From a virus (taxonomy: Duplodnaviria; Caudoviricetes): 55,356 bases of DNA. Under the pieces are notes generated by a model that worked only from the letters and a program-made list of their open reading frames with translations, did no database searches and was not told the origin of the DNA. The position numbers and the translations under genes were made by a program. Shown piece by piece: positions 1 to 8,657 of the stretch (the stretch's first letter is position 1; every line of letters starts with the position of its first letter). The stretch lies in the IMG/VR virus record IMGVR_UViG_3300047652_000066, positions 1 to 55,356 of that record. The stretch is one strand, 5' to 3'.

Positions 1-264
1 TTATTTCAGTTTATCGCCATGATAAAGCTCGACGAATTTTTCCCATAATTGATCGGTATTTTCCACAAATGCCGGATCTTTTACGATGGTATTGTCGATG
101 GGACAAACCTTTTGGCAGGTCGGCGTATCATAGTGACCGACACATTCCGTGCAGCGAGCCGTGTCAATCTCATAAATATCCGGACCCATACTGATGGCCT
201 GGTTCGGGCACTCTGGTTCGCACATGTCGCAGTTGATGCACTTCTTGGTAATCAATAAAGCCAT
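1..264 (-). CDS. yfhL: YfhL family 2x[4Fe-4S] ferredoxin (host gene)
   Basis: MALLITKKCINCDMCEPECPN...CTECVGHYDTPTCQKVCP: two ferredoxin Cys motifs, typical YfhL sequence. Confidence 0.95.
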   Translation of the reverse strand: MALLITKKCINCDMCEPECPNQAISMGPDIYEIDTARCTECVGHYDTPTCQKVCPIDNTIVKDPAFVENTDQLWEKFVELYHGDKLK

Positions 265-479
265 ATCAATATCTTACGTTTTATTTGCTTATAAATCATC
301 ACGATAATGGGTGATATTATAACACACCATTCCGCACTATATGTATAAAGGCACAGTATAAATTACGTTGAAAAACCTTAGCCAGTAACACAAAATAGCA
401 ACACATAGCGGTTTCTAGCTTCTGATTTACCCCCATGTGCGAGCTTAAGTCACTGGGTGCCGTCAGCTAAGGATTTTTA

Positions 480-1880
480 ATGCCGAGCACAGTAACACAA
501 AGCACCATAAACGCCAATAATGATGAATTTTTAACCGCAACTGAGCGATGGGAGGCTTGCAAACCGCCTTACACAAGCTCGCACATGAAAATCTGTGTTG
601 CTGCCGCTAAAATCATTCTCGCTCATGTTGATAAGCCCAGGCGATCTAAGTATGAAAAAGAAAATTTCCTGCGCATAGATTTTAGCAAAGCCGGCAAGGT
701 GACATTCTACGCTGAATATCCCAAAAAGATGGAGTTGAAAGGTCAGCGACTGGGCGAATGGCCTGAAATGGCTATCCAAATCGCTCGGGAGAAGGCAGCA
801 AGCATTTCGGCGGAAGGACTGCGGGCAGAGTCAGTACACTTTGTATTGAAAAAATATGAGGCTGATTTAGCGGCTAAGGTTGAGCGCCAGAAACTTGGCG
901 AAGATAGCTTTAGAACTTATTGCGCCCGCATCAAACAGATAGAACAGGCTTTTGGTGAGCGTGATGTTTTCAGTGATGTGGATTACCACAAAATTATCGC
1001 CGTTTTGGATCAATGGATTGCCACGAAGTCCAACAATCAGGCGATTGAGTTGTTTGCCGAACTACGCCGCTTATGGAAATATGCGGCACCTCATTTTTGT
1101 AACGGTCGGAACGTCGCCGCCAGTGTCGCAGATGACTATATTTCCTCGCGAGTGCAAAAGCCGACGCCGACTCGGTTGTTTACCGATATCGAATCAATAT
1201 CGGCCCTTTGGTTGAATGTCGCCTCTGCAACCTCAGTGCATCAAAAAAATGCAGTGCGCTTCATGATCATCACCGGGGTACGTCCCGTTAATGTCTGTAA
1301 CCTCAAATGGGATTTTGTCAGTACTGATAAGCAGGAAATTATTTATCCGGCAGGAATGATCGGCATGAGGGGAGCAATGAAAACTCAAAAGGAATTCAGA
1401 CTTCCAATTACACCATGCTTAAAACTTATTTTGGAAGAACAAGCGGCCTGGCGTGATTCTGTCCCAGATTGCAATAAAGAATATGTTTTCTTACAGCCGC
1501 GCGATCCACATTTGCCGTTTGCAAAGCGTTCCTTGGATAAACTAGTCAAGACCTACAGCCCCGAGAATGCGGTTAAAGGCATCCGTCACGATGGCACAAT
1601 TAAAGGGAAGGACGGGGCATTTAATACAATGTGCCGGAAGTTTCTCAAAAGTAATATTATCGCTCAAATGCGTGCACGTGGTTATTCGCGTTCCGATACC
1701 AAAGAAATAAGCCTGTTATGTTTGCACCATTCGAATAAAACACCCGACCCGATGGCGGAGCATTACGATTTTTCTGATGAAATACTTCAAGAAGAAATAA
1801 CGCTCAAGCGCCAGGCATTTGAAGCGCATGAAGCGAGTATATTAACCCAAGTTGCCTTAATCAGGAAAAAGCGTCTTTAA
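480..1880 (+). CDS. int: Tyrosine recombinase / phage integrase
   Basis: Arm-binding-like N-region (LGEWPEMAIQIAREKA), catalytic R in TGVRP, K in MKT, C-terminal LHH...EHY; at the prophage edge. Confidence 0.85.
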   Translation: MPSTVTQSTINANNDEFLTATERWEACKPPYTSSHMKICVAAAKIILAHVDKPRRSKYEKENFLRIDFSKAGKVTFYAEYPKKMELKGQRLGEWPEMAIQIAREKAASISAEGLRAESVHFVLKKYEADLAAKVERQKLGEDSFRTYCARIKQIEQAFGERDVFSDVDYHKIIAVLDQWIATKSNNQAIELFAELRRLWKYAAPHFCNGRNVAASVADDYISSRVQKPTPTRLFTDIESISALWLNVASATSVHQKNAVRFMIITGVRPVNVCNLKWDFVSTDKQEIIYPAGMIGMRGAMKTQKEFRLPITPCLKLILEEQAAWRDSVPDCNKEYVFLQPRDPHLPFAKRSLDKLVKTYSPENAVKGIRHDGTIKGKDGAFNTMCRKFLKSNIIAQMRARGYSRSDTKEISLLCLHHSNKTPDPMAEHYDFSDEILQEEITLKRQAFEAHEASILTQVALIRKKRL

Positions 1881-2092
1881 TAGGTACTTCTGCATTTTTC
1901 TTTAAACGCCAACACATTTTTACGTTCATAGCGGACAAATTTATGGGTAAACCGTATTGGCGCTAAAATTTTTCTATGCCGGTGATTGATGTTCCAGTCA
2001 CGCAGAGTTTTTGTCGTTATTCCTCCCAGAATTTCACATACTTGCTCTGGCGTTAGTAAATCATCGTCATGTTCAGTTTGATTATTAGTCAT
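1877..2092 (-). CDS. Excisionase-like HTH protein
   Basis: LLTPEQVCEILGGITTKTLRDW...VRY, MerR/AlpA-like HTH; next to int. Confidence 0.75.
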   Translation of the reverse strand: MTNNQTEHDDDLLTPEQVCEILGGITTKTLRDWNINHRHRKILAPIRFTHKFVRYERKNVLAFKEKCRSTY

Positions 2093-2358
2093 TTAAATAC
2101 TCCACTAATAAGGCGCATCGGATCACCCAGGATAAAAACCCGGCGGCCAAATCCACCCTGATCTGTTCTGCTCGATTGATCACGCCGCCGGCGCCTGGCA
2201 GCATTCTCCTGGCTGCATACAAGACATGTGCGCCCGTTGACATAGCGCACCTGGCCATGCCCGGGTTTTCTGCATTCCACACCGATAAAGAGTTTGTCTC
2301 CGGCGGCCATAGCTGCGGCATGGTCTGTTTTGAGGCTCGAAATGTCGATGGGCATCAT
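2089..2358 (-). CDS. Hypothetical phage protein, Zn-finger-like
   Basis: ECRKPGH...CLVC motif; overlapping stop/start coupling with neighbours. Confidence 0.6.
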   Translation of the reverse strand: MMPIDISSLKTDHAAAMAAGDKLFIGVECRKPGHGQVRYVNGRTCLVCSQENAARRRRRDQSSRTDQGGFGRRVFILGDPMRLISGVFK

Positions 2359-2750
2359 TCCTCTCCCAGCAAAACTGACAAAATAATGGCCTCAATATTT
2401 ATGGCCATGATATTGACGGTCGCGCCATCCATCCCTTCATACAACCACTGCACAACTGCTTTGGCCGCCCGTTCCGCCCTGTCAGCGTCTGCTGATGTGA
2501 ACAGGGCTGGGATGGCGAATAGCTCCGTATCACCTTTTTCGAAGGCAGCCGGTCCCCAAACGGTGGCATCAGCTCCAGACGCAATATAATCCAGCCCTGA
2601 CTGTTCTATGATTGCGACTGGCTTTTGCTTCAGCCCTGCTTGGGCAAACTGAGCGAGTATCGCCGAAACATCATCGCCTTTTGCAAGTTCAGCCAGCCCA
2701 CCGTTTTCCTGCCAGACGCGCACTGTGGCCAGCAATTCGGAATTAGTCAT
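2355..2750 (-). CDS. Hypothetical phage protein
   Basis: GGGAGG RBS before ATG at 2750; coupled operon. Confidence 0.6.
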   Translation of the reverse strand: MTNSELLATVRVWQENGGLAELAKGDDVSAILAQFAQAGLKQKPVAIIEQSGLDYIASGADATVWGPAAFEKGDTELFAIPALFTSADADRAERAAKAVVQWLYEGMDGATVNIMAINIEAIILSVLLGEE

Positions 2751-3105
2751 CGTTCGCCTCCCGCCATTCGCGCCAATTTTCACGTTCACGATCAATACAC
2801 GATTTGCACACCTCATAAACCGCCCCGCAAGCACCTTCCTCTATATCCCTATGAGCGTAAAGCCTGTCAGCGTGTTTATGGCACCAATCACATCGGCCTG
2901 AATGATCGGCCTCGCTGATTTCCTTGCGGTATTTATCCAGGCATTCTTGGCACATGTCGTAATATTCGCAGCCGAATGAATCGGTTTCGCCCTGAACGCG
3001 AGTAACGGCGGGCCGTTCAGGATGTTTATCACACATAATCTTTTCAGGAATTTCATGGCGTGAGCCCGGCATGGTAGATACCGGCCCGTTGCTAATATCA
3101 GCCAT
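2743..3105 (-). CDS. Cys-rich hypothetical phage protein
   Basis: CDKH, CQEC, CDWC, CKSC motifs; GGAGG RBS before ATG 3105. Confidence 0.65.
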   Translation of the reverse strand: MADISNGPVSTMPGSRHEIPEKIMCDKHPERPAVTRVQGETDSFGCEYYDMCQECLDKYRKEISEADHSGRCDWCHKHADRLYAHRDIEEGACGAVYEVCKSCIDRERENWREWREANDD

Positions 3106-3712
3106 GGTCGCAGTCCTCCGCGCTGGTGGAAGGATTGGCTGGAAGCGGCATCCAATGGGTAATATTGGCGTCATCGATATCACCATTTTGGAAGGTCCAT
3201 TCCCACTTGCCGGTATTTTTCTGGCCAAATGTCTTCCAAAATGAACGCCATGCAATTAAAACGCCTTCTCCACCGCGGTCAAATACGGCAACCATCTGAT
3301 CTTCATCTGGAAGACGATCACTACAAGGAATCCAACTTGTAACGCTAACTGATAAGTTCGTGCGCGCTTCCTCATAAGCTTCAATCATTACCGGCAGCAG
3401 TTCGGCATCCTCACTGGCCCGGGTGATCTTCTGGTTAACATCCAAAAAATCCAGATCCTGATCGCACAAGCTGCTATACATGGCGCCATAGCCAGACCAT
3501 AGCCGTCCGAACGTGCCTTGGTTCCACGCCAGCAACTGCCAGGCGCGCAGCAATAACAGACGTTCATTCCTGGGTAGGTTCGTGATCTTCAATTCGGCCG
3601 CCAGGCAGTCAACGGTGAGCCAGTAGTGATACCGACTATCAACCAACTGCGTGGCCCGATGAACGGCCCAGATCAGGCGCTCATCCTTTTTACTGATCGC
3701 AGCAACTTTCAT
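3098..3712 (-). CDS. DUF551 (Eaa/Ead-like) domain protein
   Basis: WIPCSDRLP...ITHWMPLP signature. Confidence 0.75.
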   Translation of the reverse strand: MKVAAISKKDERLIWAVHRATQLVDSRYHYWLTVDCLAAELKITNLPRNERLLLLRAWQLLAWNQGTFGRLWSGYGAMYSSLCDQDLDFLDVNQKITRASEDAELLPVMIEAYEEARTNLSVSVTSWIPCSDRLPDEDQMVAVFDRGGEGVLIAWRSFWKTFGQKNTGKWEWTFQNGDIDDANITHWMPLPANPSTSAEDCDHG

Positions 3713-4062
3713 GATTTTTCCTCCATGCTGGTGGCCGGAGAAAACATATAGTTGACGGTTTTACCCTGCTTGATTGCGTATATTATTTCTTTCCTTGTAC
3801 TTTCCCCGATATAACCGCCAACATTAATAACAAATATTTCATCGGCTAAATCAATTTTCTGAAAGTGAATAGTGTTGAGATTTTGCTTAATTTCCCCGCT
3901 ATCATTATTATCGCCGGTAAGGAATTTGGCGCCCTGCGGATAATCGGCGTGACCGTTACAACCAAGTCCAATAACAATATGTCCCATTAACGTCAGGTGC
4001 ATGTTTGCTAAATCAAATGCCTGTTGAAAACGAGTTGAACCGCACAGCGTTATTATTGCCAT
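3709..4062 (-). CDS. Nucleoside deoxyribosyltransferase-like (DUF4406-type fold) protein
   Basis: IITLCGSTRF...KIDLADEIFVIN.GGYIGESTRKEIIYA...GK pattern. Confidence 0.55.
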   Translation of the reverse strand: MAIITLCGSTRFQQAFDLANMHLTLMGHIVIGLGCNGHADYPQGAKFLTGDNNDSGEIKQNLNTIHFQKIDLADEIFVINVGGYIGESTRKEIIYAIKQGKTVNYMFSPATSMEEKS

Positions 4063-4064
4063 GA

Positions 4065-4907
4065 TTATTTACCCTCTGCGTTGGTTGAGGGGGCCGCAGC
4101 GAGCATCGCTTGATAGATAACATAAGGACTGTTGCCGCCGGTTTCTTCCATGTATTGACGCGCCGCTGTCGCACCGGCTTGAATCATCGAACGCGTGGCA
4201 GTTATCGGAACAATTTTCCACCCACCCGGCGCCCGGCTTGCCGCTTCAGTCTCCAACGCTCTCCTCTTCCAAATAGCTAAATCCTCGCGCGCACCCTGGT
4301 AGGCGTCGCCATATTCAGATGTCGGCACCCGGCTTGCTGTGGGCTGCAACTCTGTATCAGGGAAGGGCATCCAATGCGTTATCTCTACACTGCGACAAAT
4401 CCGGTCCACAGGAAACTCATCAGGATAGAAAGTGCCATCAGAAACATCAGCAACCCATTGAACACCATCTGCATTTTTAACGATAACGGTGTGTTCATCT
4501 GGCGGCATTCCATCCGAAACTTTTCGCCATCCTATTACTGGCACCCGGCTTGCTGCGGGCGGTCCAGCGTATAACTCCGGGGGATGCGGGAATTCTCTCC
4601 AGTCTTTCGGCAAACGGCCTTCGGCGCATTCATAATCAGCACATATTTCGCAAAGCCAACGGCCGTCTGGAGTGACGAATAATTCATCTCGGCTATGCAC
4701 TGAATCTTCGTCACTGCACATTTCGCAAATGTGCGCGGCTTTGCTCGACGGGAGCGGCTGTGTGGTCAGCGAGGTGAGTGCTGTTTGGTAAACCCTGATT
4801 CTATGATTATTTTCCTCTCTCAGTCCGCCCTCAGGCATTTTGTTTGCGATCGCCATCATCTTGGTGAGCGTGGACCGCGTAAAATCAATCAGTTTTTGCT
4901 TATCCAT
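4065..4907 (-). CDS. Mosaic DUF551-domain protein
   Basis: WRKVSDGMP...ITHWMPFP, two CxxC pairs, GWKIVP module; start moved to ATG 4907 (TAATG coupling). Confidence 0.7.
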   Translation of the reverse strand: MDKQKLIDFTRSTLTKMMAIANKMPEGGLREENNHRIRVYQTALTSLTTQPLPSSKAAHICEMCSDEDSVHSRDELFVTPDGRWLCEICADYECAEGRLPKDWREFPHPPELYAGPPAASRVPVIGWRKVSDGMPPDEHTVIVKNADGVQWVADVSDGTFYPDEFPVDRICRSVEITHWMPFPDTELQPTASRVPTSEYGDAYQGAREDLAIWKRRALETEAASRAPGGWKIVPITATRSMIQAGATAARQYMEETGGNSPYVIYQAMLAAAPSTNAEGK

Positions 4908-5047
4908 TATTTCCACCCCAGCAATAAATGATGAAATATCCATACAATCCCTGTTATAAGGAAATAACCACCAACTGCTGCTAAGATGATGCAGACAATA
5001 AAGAACAGCACCATGCCACGCCAAATATCGTCGCCATTAGTCCACAT
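4907..5047 (-). CDS. Small membrane protein, 46 aa (not in ORF track)
   Basis: MWTNGDDIWRGMVLFFIVCIILAAVGGYFLITGIVWIFHHLLLGWK; fills the gap and its TAA overlaps the next ATG. Confidence 0.6.
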   Translation of the reverse strand: MWTNGDDIWRGMVLFFIVCIILAAVGGYFLITGIVWIFHHLLLGWK

Positions 5048-5717
5048 GGTTTGTTCCTTCATCGCCGTTAGCGCGAAGACAGTCGGTCGCTTTGAAATAG
5101 CCGTTTCGCTTCATGTAGTCCATTACCTGTAACACTAACTTACTGTCGGGATTATGCTTTTTCAGTGAGTGGACTAAACGGCGAATCTGCATCACCAAAT
5201 CGTCCACGGGTTCAGAAATAACCGGCTTCGAAACAACGGCTAACATGGCTGCGTAAATGAGGCTAACATCCAATATATGGACAGAATCAAGCATTGCTTT
5301 CGCCATGATATTGCCCTCGGCTATCATTGTTTCGTCGGCATTTTCTGGCGCGGATTTCCATCCTTTTTGCGTTGCGTTACTGGTGGATGATGGGGCGGAA
5401 ACAGCTTTCATAAAATCCAGCATTGACCCGTAGACAGGAACTTCCATGTGCCAGCAGCCCGGGCCAGCGATTATTGCCCGTCCGGTGCCATCATCGTATT
5501 CATCAACGTGAACTGACCAAGAGTCAGGCAGATGGATCGGGCATGGCCAGCGCAGGGAGCCGTCACCGGACGGGCAAGTGCAGATTGCTGCCGATGAGGC
5601 CGACTCTTGCTCAAACACCTGTGCAGCAATTAACTCTGTACCCAGATCATGAAGACCCAGTACCCGACTCAATGCCGCTTCCAGCGCCTTGGCATCAGCA
5701 AAATACAGTCCGCTCAT
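5037..5717 (-). CDS. Eaa/Ead-like mosaic phage protein
   Basis: CTCPSGDGSLRWPCPIH module and C-terminal IRRLVHSLKKHNPDS module. Confidence 0.65.
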   Translation of the reverse strand: MSGLYFADAKALEAALSRVLGLHDLGTELIAAQVFEQESASSAAICTCPSGDGSLRWPCPIHLPDSWSVHVDEYDDGTGRAIIAGPGCWHMEVPVYGSMLDFMKAVSAPSSTSNATQKGWKSAPENADETMIAEGNIMAKAMLDSVHILDVSLIYAAMLAVVSKPVISEPVDDLVMQIRRLVHSLKKHNPDSKLVLQVMDYMKRNGYFKATDCLRANGDEGTNHVD

Positions 5718-6247
5718 ATTGACACCAGTGTGTCATTGAGCTGATTCCAACGACTTAAGAATTGGCGCTCTGCTTGGGCATGAGTTAGTGGGAAAACAAT
5801 AATATCTGCTGCTGGGATACCATCGAGCATTGGCCAGAACGTCCCAGTGTCGATTTCTAAATCCCGGCGCTCTGTGGCGAGCATGATTAAATCTGCTCGC
5901 TTAACTGCAGCACTCATCTCTTCAGGCAATCCAAATTTTCGGCGGATCACTGCCTCTAAGCGTTTTTCAATTATATGATAGTCGGGCAGCAATTTTTTTA
6001 ATGGGCTGGGAATATCTTTGCAGTAAGCTTCTGCAGCATCATGCAATAACGCTTCGAGGTAAAATTCGGGTGGTACAATCAAGCTGGTCAGATAGGAATG
6101 TTGGGCCACACTGTAAAACCCTGGGCAATGGCCGGCATATCTGCACTCATTTGATAATGCATGTGCAATATCGCTAATGCAGATTGAATCAATATCTGGC
6201 TTAACAAAATCTAAACGCTGACCGCTAAAAGTGGTTATCCAAGTCAT
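5714..6247 (-). CDS. HD-domain 5'-deoxynucleotidase-like protein (YfdR/YfbR-like)
   Basis: DIAHALS..CRY.GH...YSVAQHS...ALLHDAAEAY. Confidence 0.85.
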   Translation of the reverse strand: MTWITTFSGQRLDFVKPDIDSICISDIAHALSNECRYAGHCPGFYSVAQHSYLTSLIVPPEFYLEALLHDAAEAYCKDIPSPLKKLLPDYHIIEKRLEAVIRRKFGLPEEMSAAVKRADLIMLATERRDLEIDTGTFWPMLDGIPAADIIVFPLTHAQAERQFLSRWNQLNDTLVSI

Positions 6248-6370
6248 TTAAGCCGCCTTATTAAACTCTGTTTTTAGGCAAAGCGAATACCTGCCAGAAA
6301 TAGCAATTTTCGCTTTGGATAAATTAAAATTGGGGAGATATTGTATTAACTGAATATCTCCCAGTTATGG

Positions 6371-7198
6371 TTATGCTGAAAATTCCCCGATAAAACTCTC
6401 TACTTCACTACCATCAAACTGGGCTACAAGCAGATCGAGAAATTCAACGGCGATCAGTTCCATCACCGCTTCAAGCTGGACGATCCGCAGCACCAGAATA
6501 GGGGTATCTCCGCCAGTCAGAACACTATAGCGCAGCCGGATCCGGCGCTCAGTCAGGCCCTCAAACGGAATGCATTTAAACTCGAATGCCGCCGGCATAA
6601 TGACTTTGCTTTTCGCCTCAACGCTTTGCATCAGCGAACGCTTGCCGTTAAAGTCATTTTCTTCATGTTCCTGGCTGCTAATTGCTTCAATAGTGATCTG
6701 ACGAACGCCGGCCACAGCTTTTTTGATATCCAGCGATTCACCATCGGCGGTAAAAGCCAACAGGTATTCATTCCAATCTTCCAACCATTCAGCCAAGTCT
6801 TTTTGGGTTTTCTTCTTGCCATCAATTTCCAGCAGCGAAGTAAAAGGCGCAGTTTTTTTCAATTTCAGCCGTGCTGTATTGTCTGCGTGGCCTGGTTCTT
6901 CCAGTGTGCCGAGATTGAATACCGTAACCGCGGCCATATCATCTGCGTTGATAAAGCAGCGCACGCCGGCGCCCGCGTAAACTTTGCAGTAACGGATAAA
7001 ATCGGGAATACTGGTGGTATTCAATTTTCCACGGAACCGATAACGGCCAATGCTTAATGATTCAAGGCTCTGGATTTTCACGCCTTCCGGGATGGCAACG
7101 ACTGGACATTCCACACGAGATAAATCGACCTGCAGGTTATTGGCAAGCGTCATATCCCTGATTTGCGTGATGGCGCTGGCGTCTAAAGTTTGCGACAT
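6371..7198 (-). CDS. DUF2303 / YfdQ family protein
   Basis: RYRFRG.L.T.SI.DF, PGHADNTA.L.LKKTAPF, AEWLEDW. Confidence 0.85.
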   Translation of the reverse strand: MSQTLDASAITQIRDMTLANNLQVDLSRVECPVVAIPEGVKIQSLESLSIGRYRFRGKLNTTSIPDFIRYCKVYAGAGVRCFINADDMAAVTVFNLGTLEEPGHADNTARLKLKKTAPFTSLLEIDGKKKTQKDLAEWLEDWNEYLLAFTADGESLDIKKAVAGVRQITIEAISSQEHEENDFNGKRSLMQSVEAKSKVIMPAAFEFKCIPFEGLTERRIRLRYSVLTGGDTPILVLRIVQLEAVMELIAVEFLDLLVAQFDGSEVESFIGEFSA

Positions 7199-7234
7199 GT
7201 TCTGATCCTTAATTCAATCGGGTTAGAGGTATTA

Positions 7235-7585
7235 CTAGAATTTTCCGGTCGGCTGGCCTTTGATATCGAATAATTGACCTTGGTCTTCTGGCAACATGGT
7301 GAGTTTGCCGCCGCGGTTGACATACATTGGGGTTTCTGTGGTGTCCTCCTCGGACGTTTTTCCTCGCGGAGTGGGAATAACAAAAGTCAATTTATGCGAA
7401 ATTTTTACCCGGTTCTCATCCATCGGGCTGAAACTGAGTTTGATAGTTACTTCGCCTTTTGCCCGCGTTTTCATGACGCCTTTTGCAACGTCATTCAGCA
7501 CTGCAGATAATTTGTTTTCGAAAACCCCAGCGTCCAATTCACCAATAAACTCCGGGATATTCGTTTCGCGATTTGCTTCAGACAT
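7235..7585 (-). CDS. YfdP-like phage protein
   Basis: FIGELDAGVFENK...PTPRGK.SEEDTTETPMYVNRGGKLT; usual partner of YfdQ. Confidence 0.75.
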   Translation of the reverse strand: MSEANRETNIPEFIGELDAGVFENKLSAVLNDVAKGVMKTRAKGEVTIKLSFSPMDENRVKISHKLTFVIPTPRGKTSEEDTTETPMYVNRGGKLTMLPEDQGQLFDIKGQPTGKF

Positions 7586-7603
7586 AGTTACCTCGCGTTA
7601 GCG

Positions 7604-7673
7604 AAAAAAGGCGCCGACCGCAAATCAGAACATTATCTTCACCCCTTTGAGTTGAAGAATCGGCGGCGGCGCC
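7604..7673 (-). terminator. Terminator/attenuator-like GC stem plus U6 before the yfdP-like gene
   Basis: Minus strand GGCGCCGCCGC...GCGGTCGGCGCC-TTTTTT. Confidence 0.5.
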
Positions 7674-7716
7674 AAGGACTTCACACAGCAACTATCACGA
7701 TCCTAACGTGATGAGT

Positions 7717-7853
7717 TTGTGGTGGCCGGCGCTGTGTTATTCCGGCATGCGGTTATTCCAGACTCTCACGGGGATTCATGACACCCCGCCGGACAGCTCT
7801 TTTCCGCAATAGCTGCAATGTCTTTCGCGCATCAGCCTGCGCATTCACCACAA
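7717..7853 (-). ncRNA. C4-like antisense RNA
   Basis: GTGGTGAATGCGCAGGCTGATGCGC...GCCGG(loop)CCGGCCACCAC: closing stem, GGCTGATG loop and final hairpin match the C4 RNA family as I recall it. Confidence 0.75.
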
Positions 7854-7966
7854 TCAAAAAGAGCGAACTTCCCACTTTATGGCGCCATCATTGGGATTGA
7901 TGTCTCTAGGCCGGAAGCTTAGCCTTGCGCCAGTCGGATACGGTTTTGCACGCCCGCGCTCTTTGA

Positions 7967-8475
7967 TTGTGGTGGTCCGTTAACGGGGACCGGCCGGCCT
8001 GTTTTTAAGCCGCACGGGGCATTCTTTGCGCTGGAGGACGGCTCAACAGCGTTCACTGCCGTGACAGGGAGGGTTACTTGCCGTTCACCTTCTCCATAAC
8101 ACACCGGCTAATGCCGGGCGGCCCGTTACGAATCTAATTAGTGCCGACCTTCCAGCCGACGCGGTTCGGATACTCGCACTTACACGGGCATGCGATTTAC
8201 GAACTCCGCGGAATCTATGACAGACGTCGCCGCGGCGGTGGTGTCTGAAAACTCTCTCGCGCTCTCGGGGTATAAGTTGCCACCTAACCTGGGGTGGCGC
8301 GGCACGGTGTGACCGGCGTACATGCACCGGCAGGGTTCACTGGATTTATCAGCGTAAGTGCGGCTTCAGCCGTCTATCACTGCCTCACCTGTTTGCCCCG
8401 CGTTAGCATTCTGGGGTGGCTGGAATCGAACCAGCTGCAGGGTGGATAACCCCAACAATCCCCTGATCACCACAA
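7967..8475 (-). ncRNA. Candidate large structured ncRNA (~510 nt), family unknown
   Basis: Closed by TTGTGGTG/CACCACAA; many long-range helices including crossing ones; tRNA-like T-arm; no credible ORF. Confidence 0.6.
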
Positions 8476-8552
8476 CAGAATGGGCATTGGACGCTAAACA
8501 ACGGGTTGGGTTATGAACCGGCCGTCATTTCAATACCCATGCGGTTGTGTGC

Positions 8553-8657
8553 TCAATCCGGAATTGAAGTTAATAGAGTCAAAGCTCCAGAACCGCCAAT
8601 GACAACGATAATCAGCACAACCCACCATAAACCGGACCAATCAGTACCCCGCTTCAT
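8553..8657 (-). CDS. Small membrane peptide, 34 aa
   Basis: MKRGTDWSGLWWVVLIIVVIGGSGALTLLTSIPD; ATGA overlap with the upstream peptide. Confidence 0.55.
   Translation of the reverse strand: MKRGTDWSGLWWVVLIIVVIGGSGALTLLTSIPD

Noticed and set aside
265-479. Exact attL core
   Set aside because: No matching direct repeat is visible in the window; attR lies outside it
7919-8327. Minus-strand ORFs 7919-8104 and 8085-8327
   Set aside because: No clear RBS, Arg/Pro/Ala-rich shadow composition; the region is better explained by RNA structure
8400-8470. Complete tRNA or (permuted) tmRNA gene
   Set aside because: Only a T-arm and partial acceptor-like stem; no D or anticodon arm, no proper CCA end, no tag reading frame
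7967-8475. RNase P RNA or group I/II intron identity
   Set aside because: CGGCTTA and a P4-like pseudoknot are loosely reminiscent, but GAGGAAAGTCC, group I P7 and group II domain V motifs are absent
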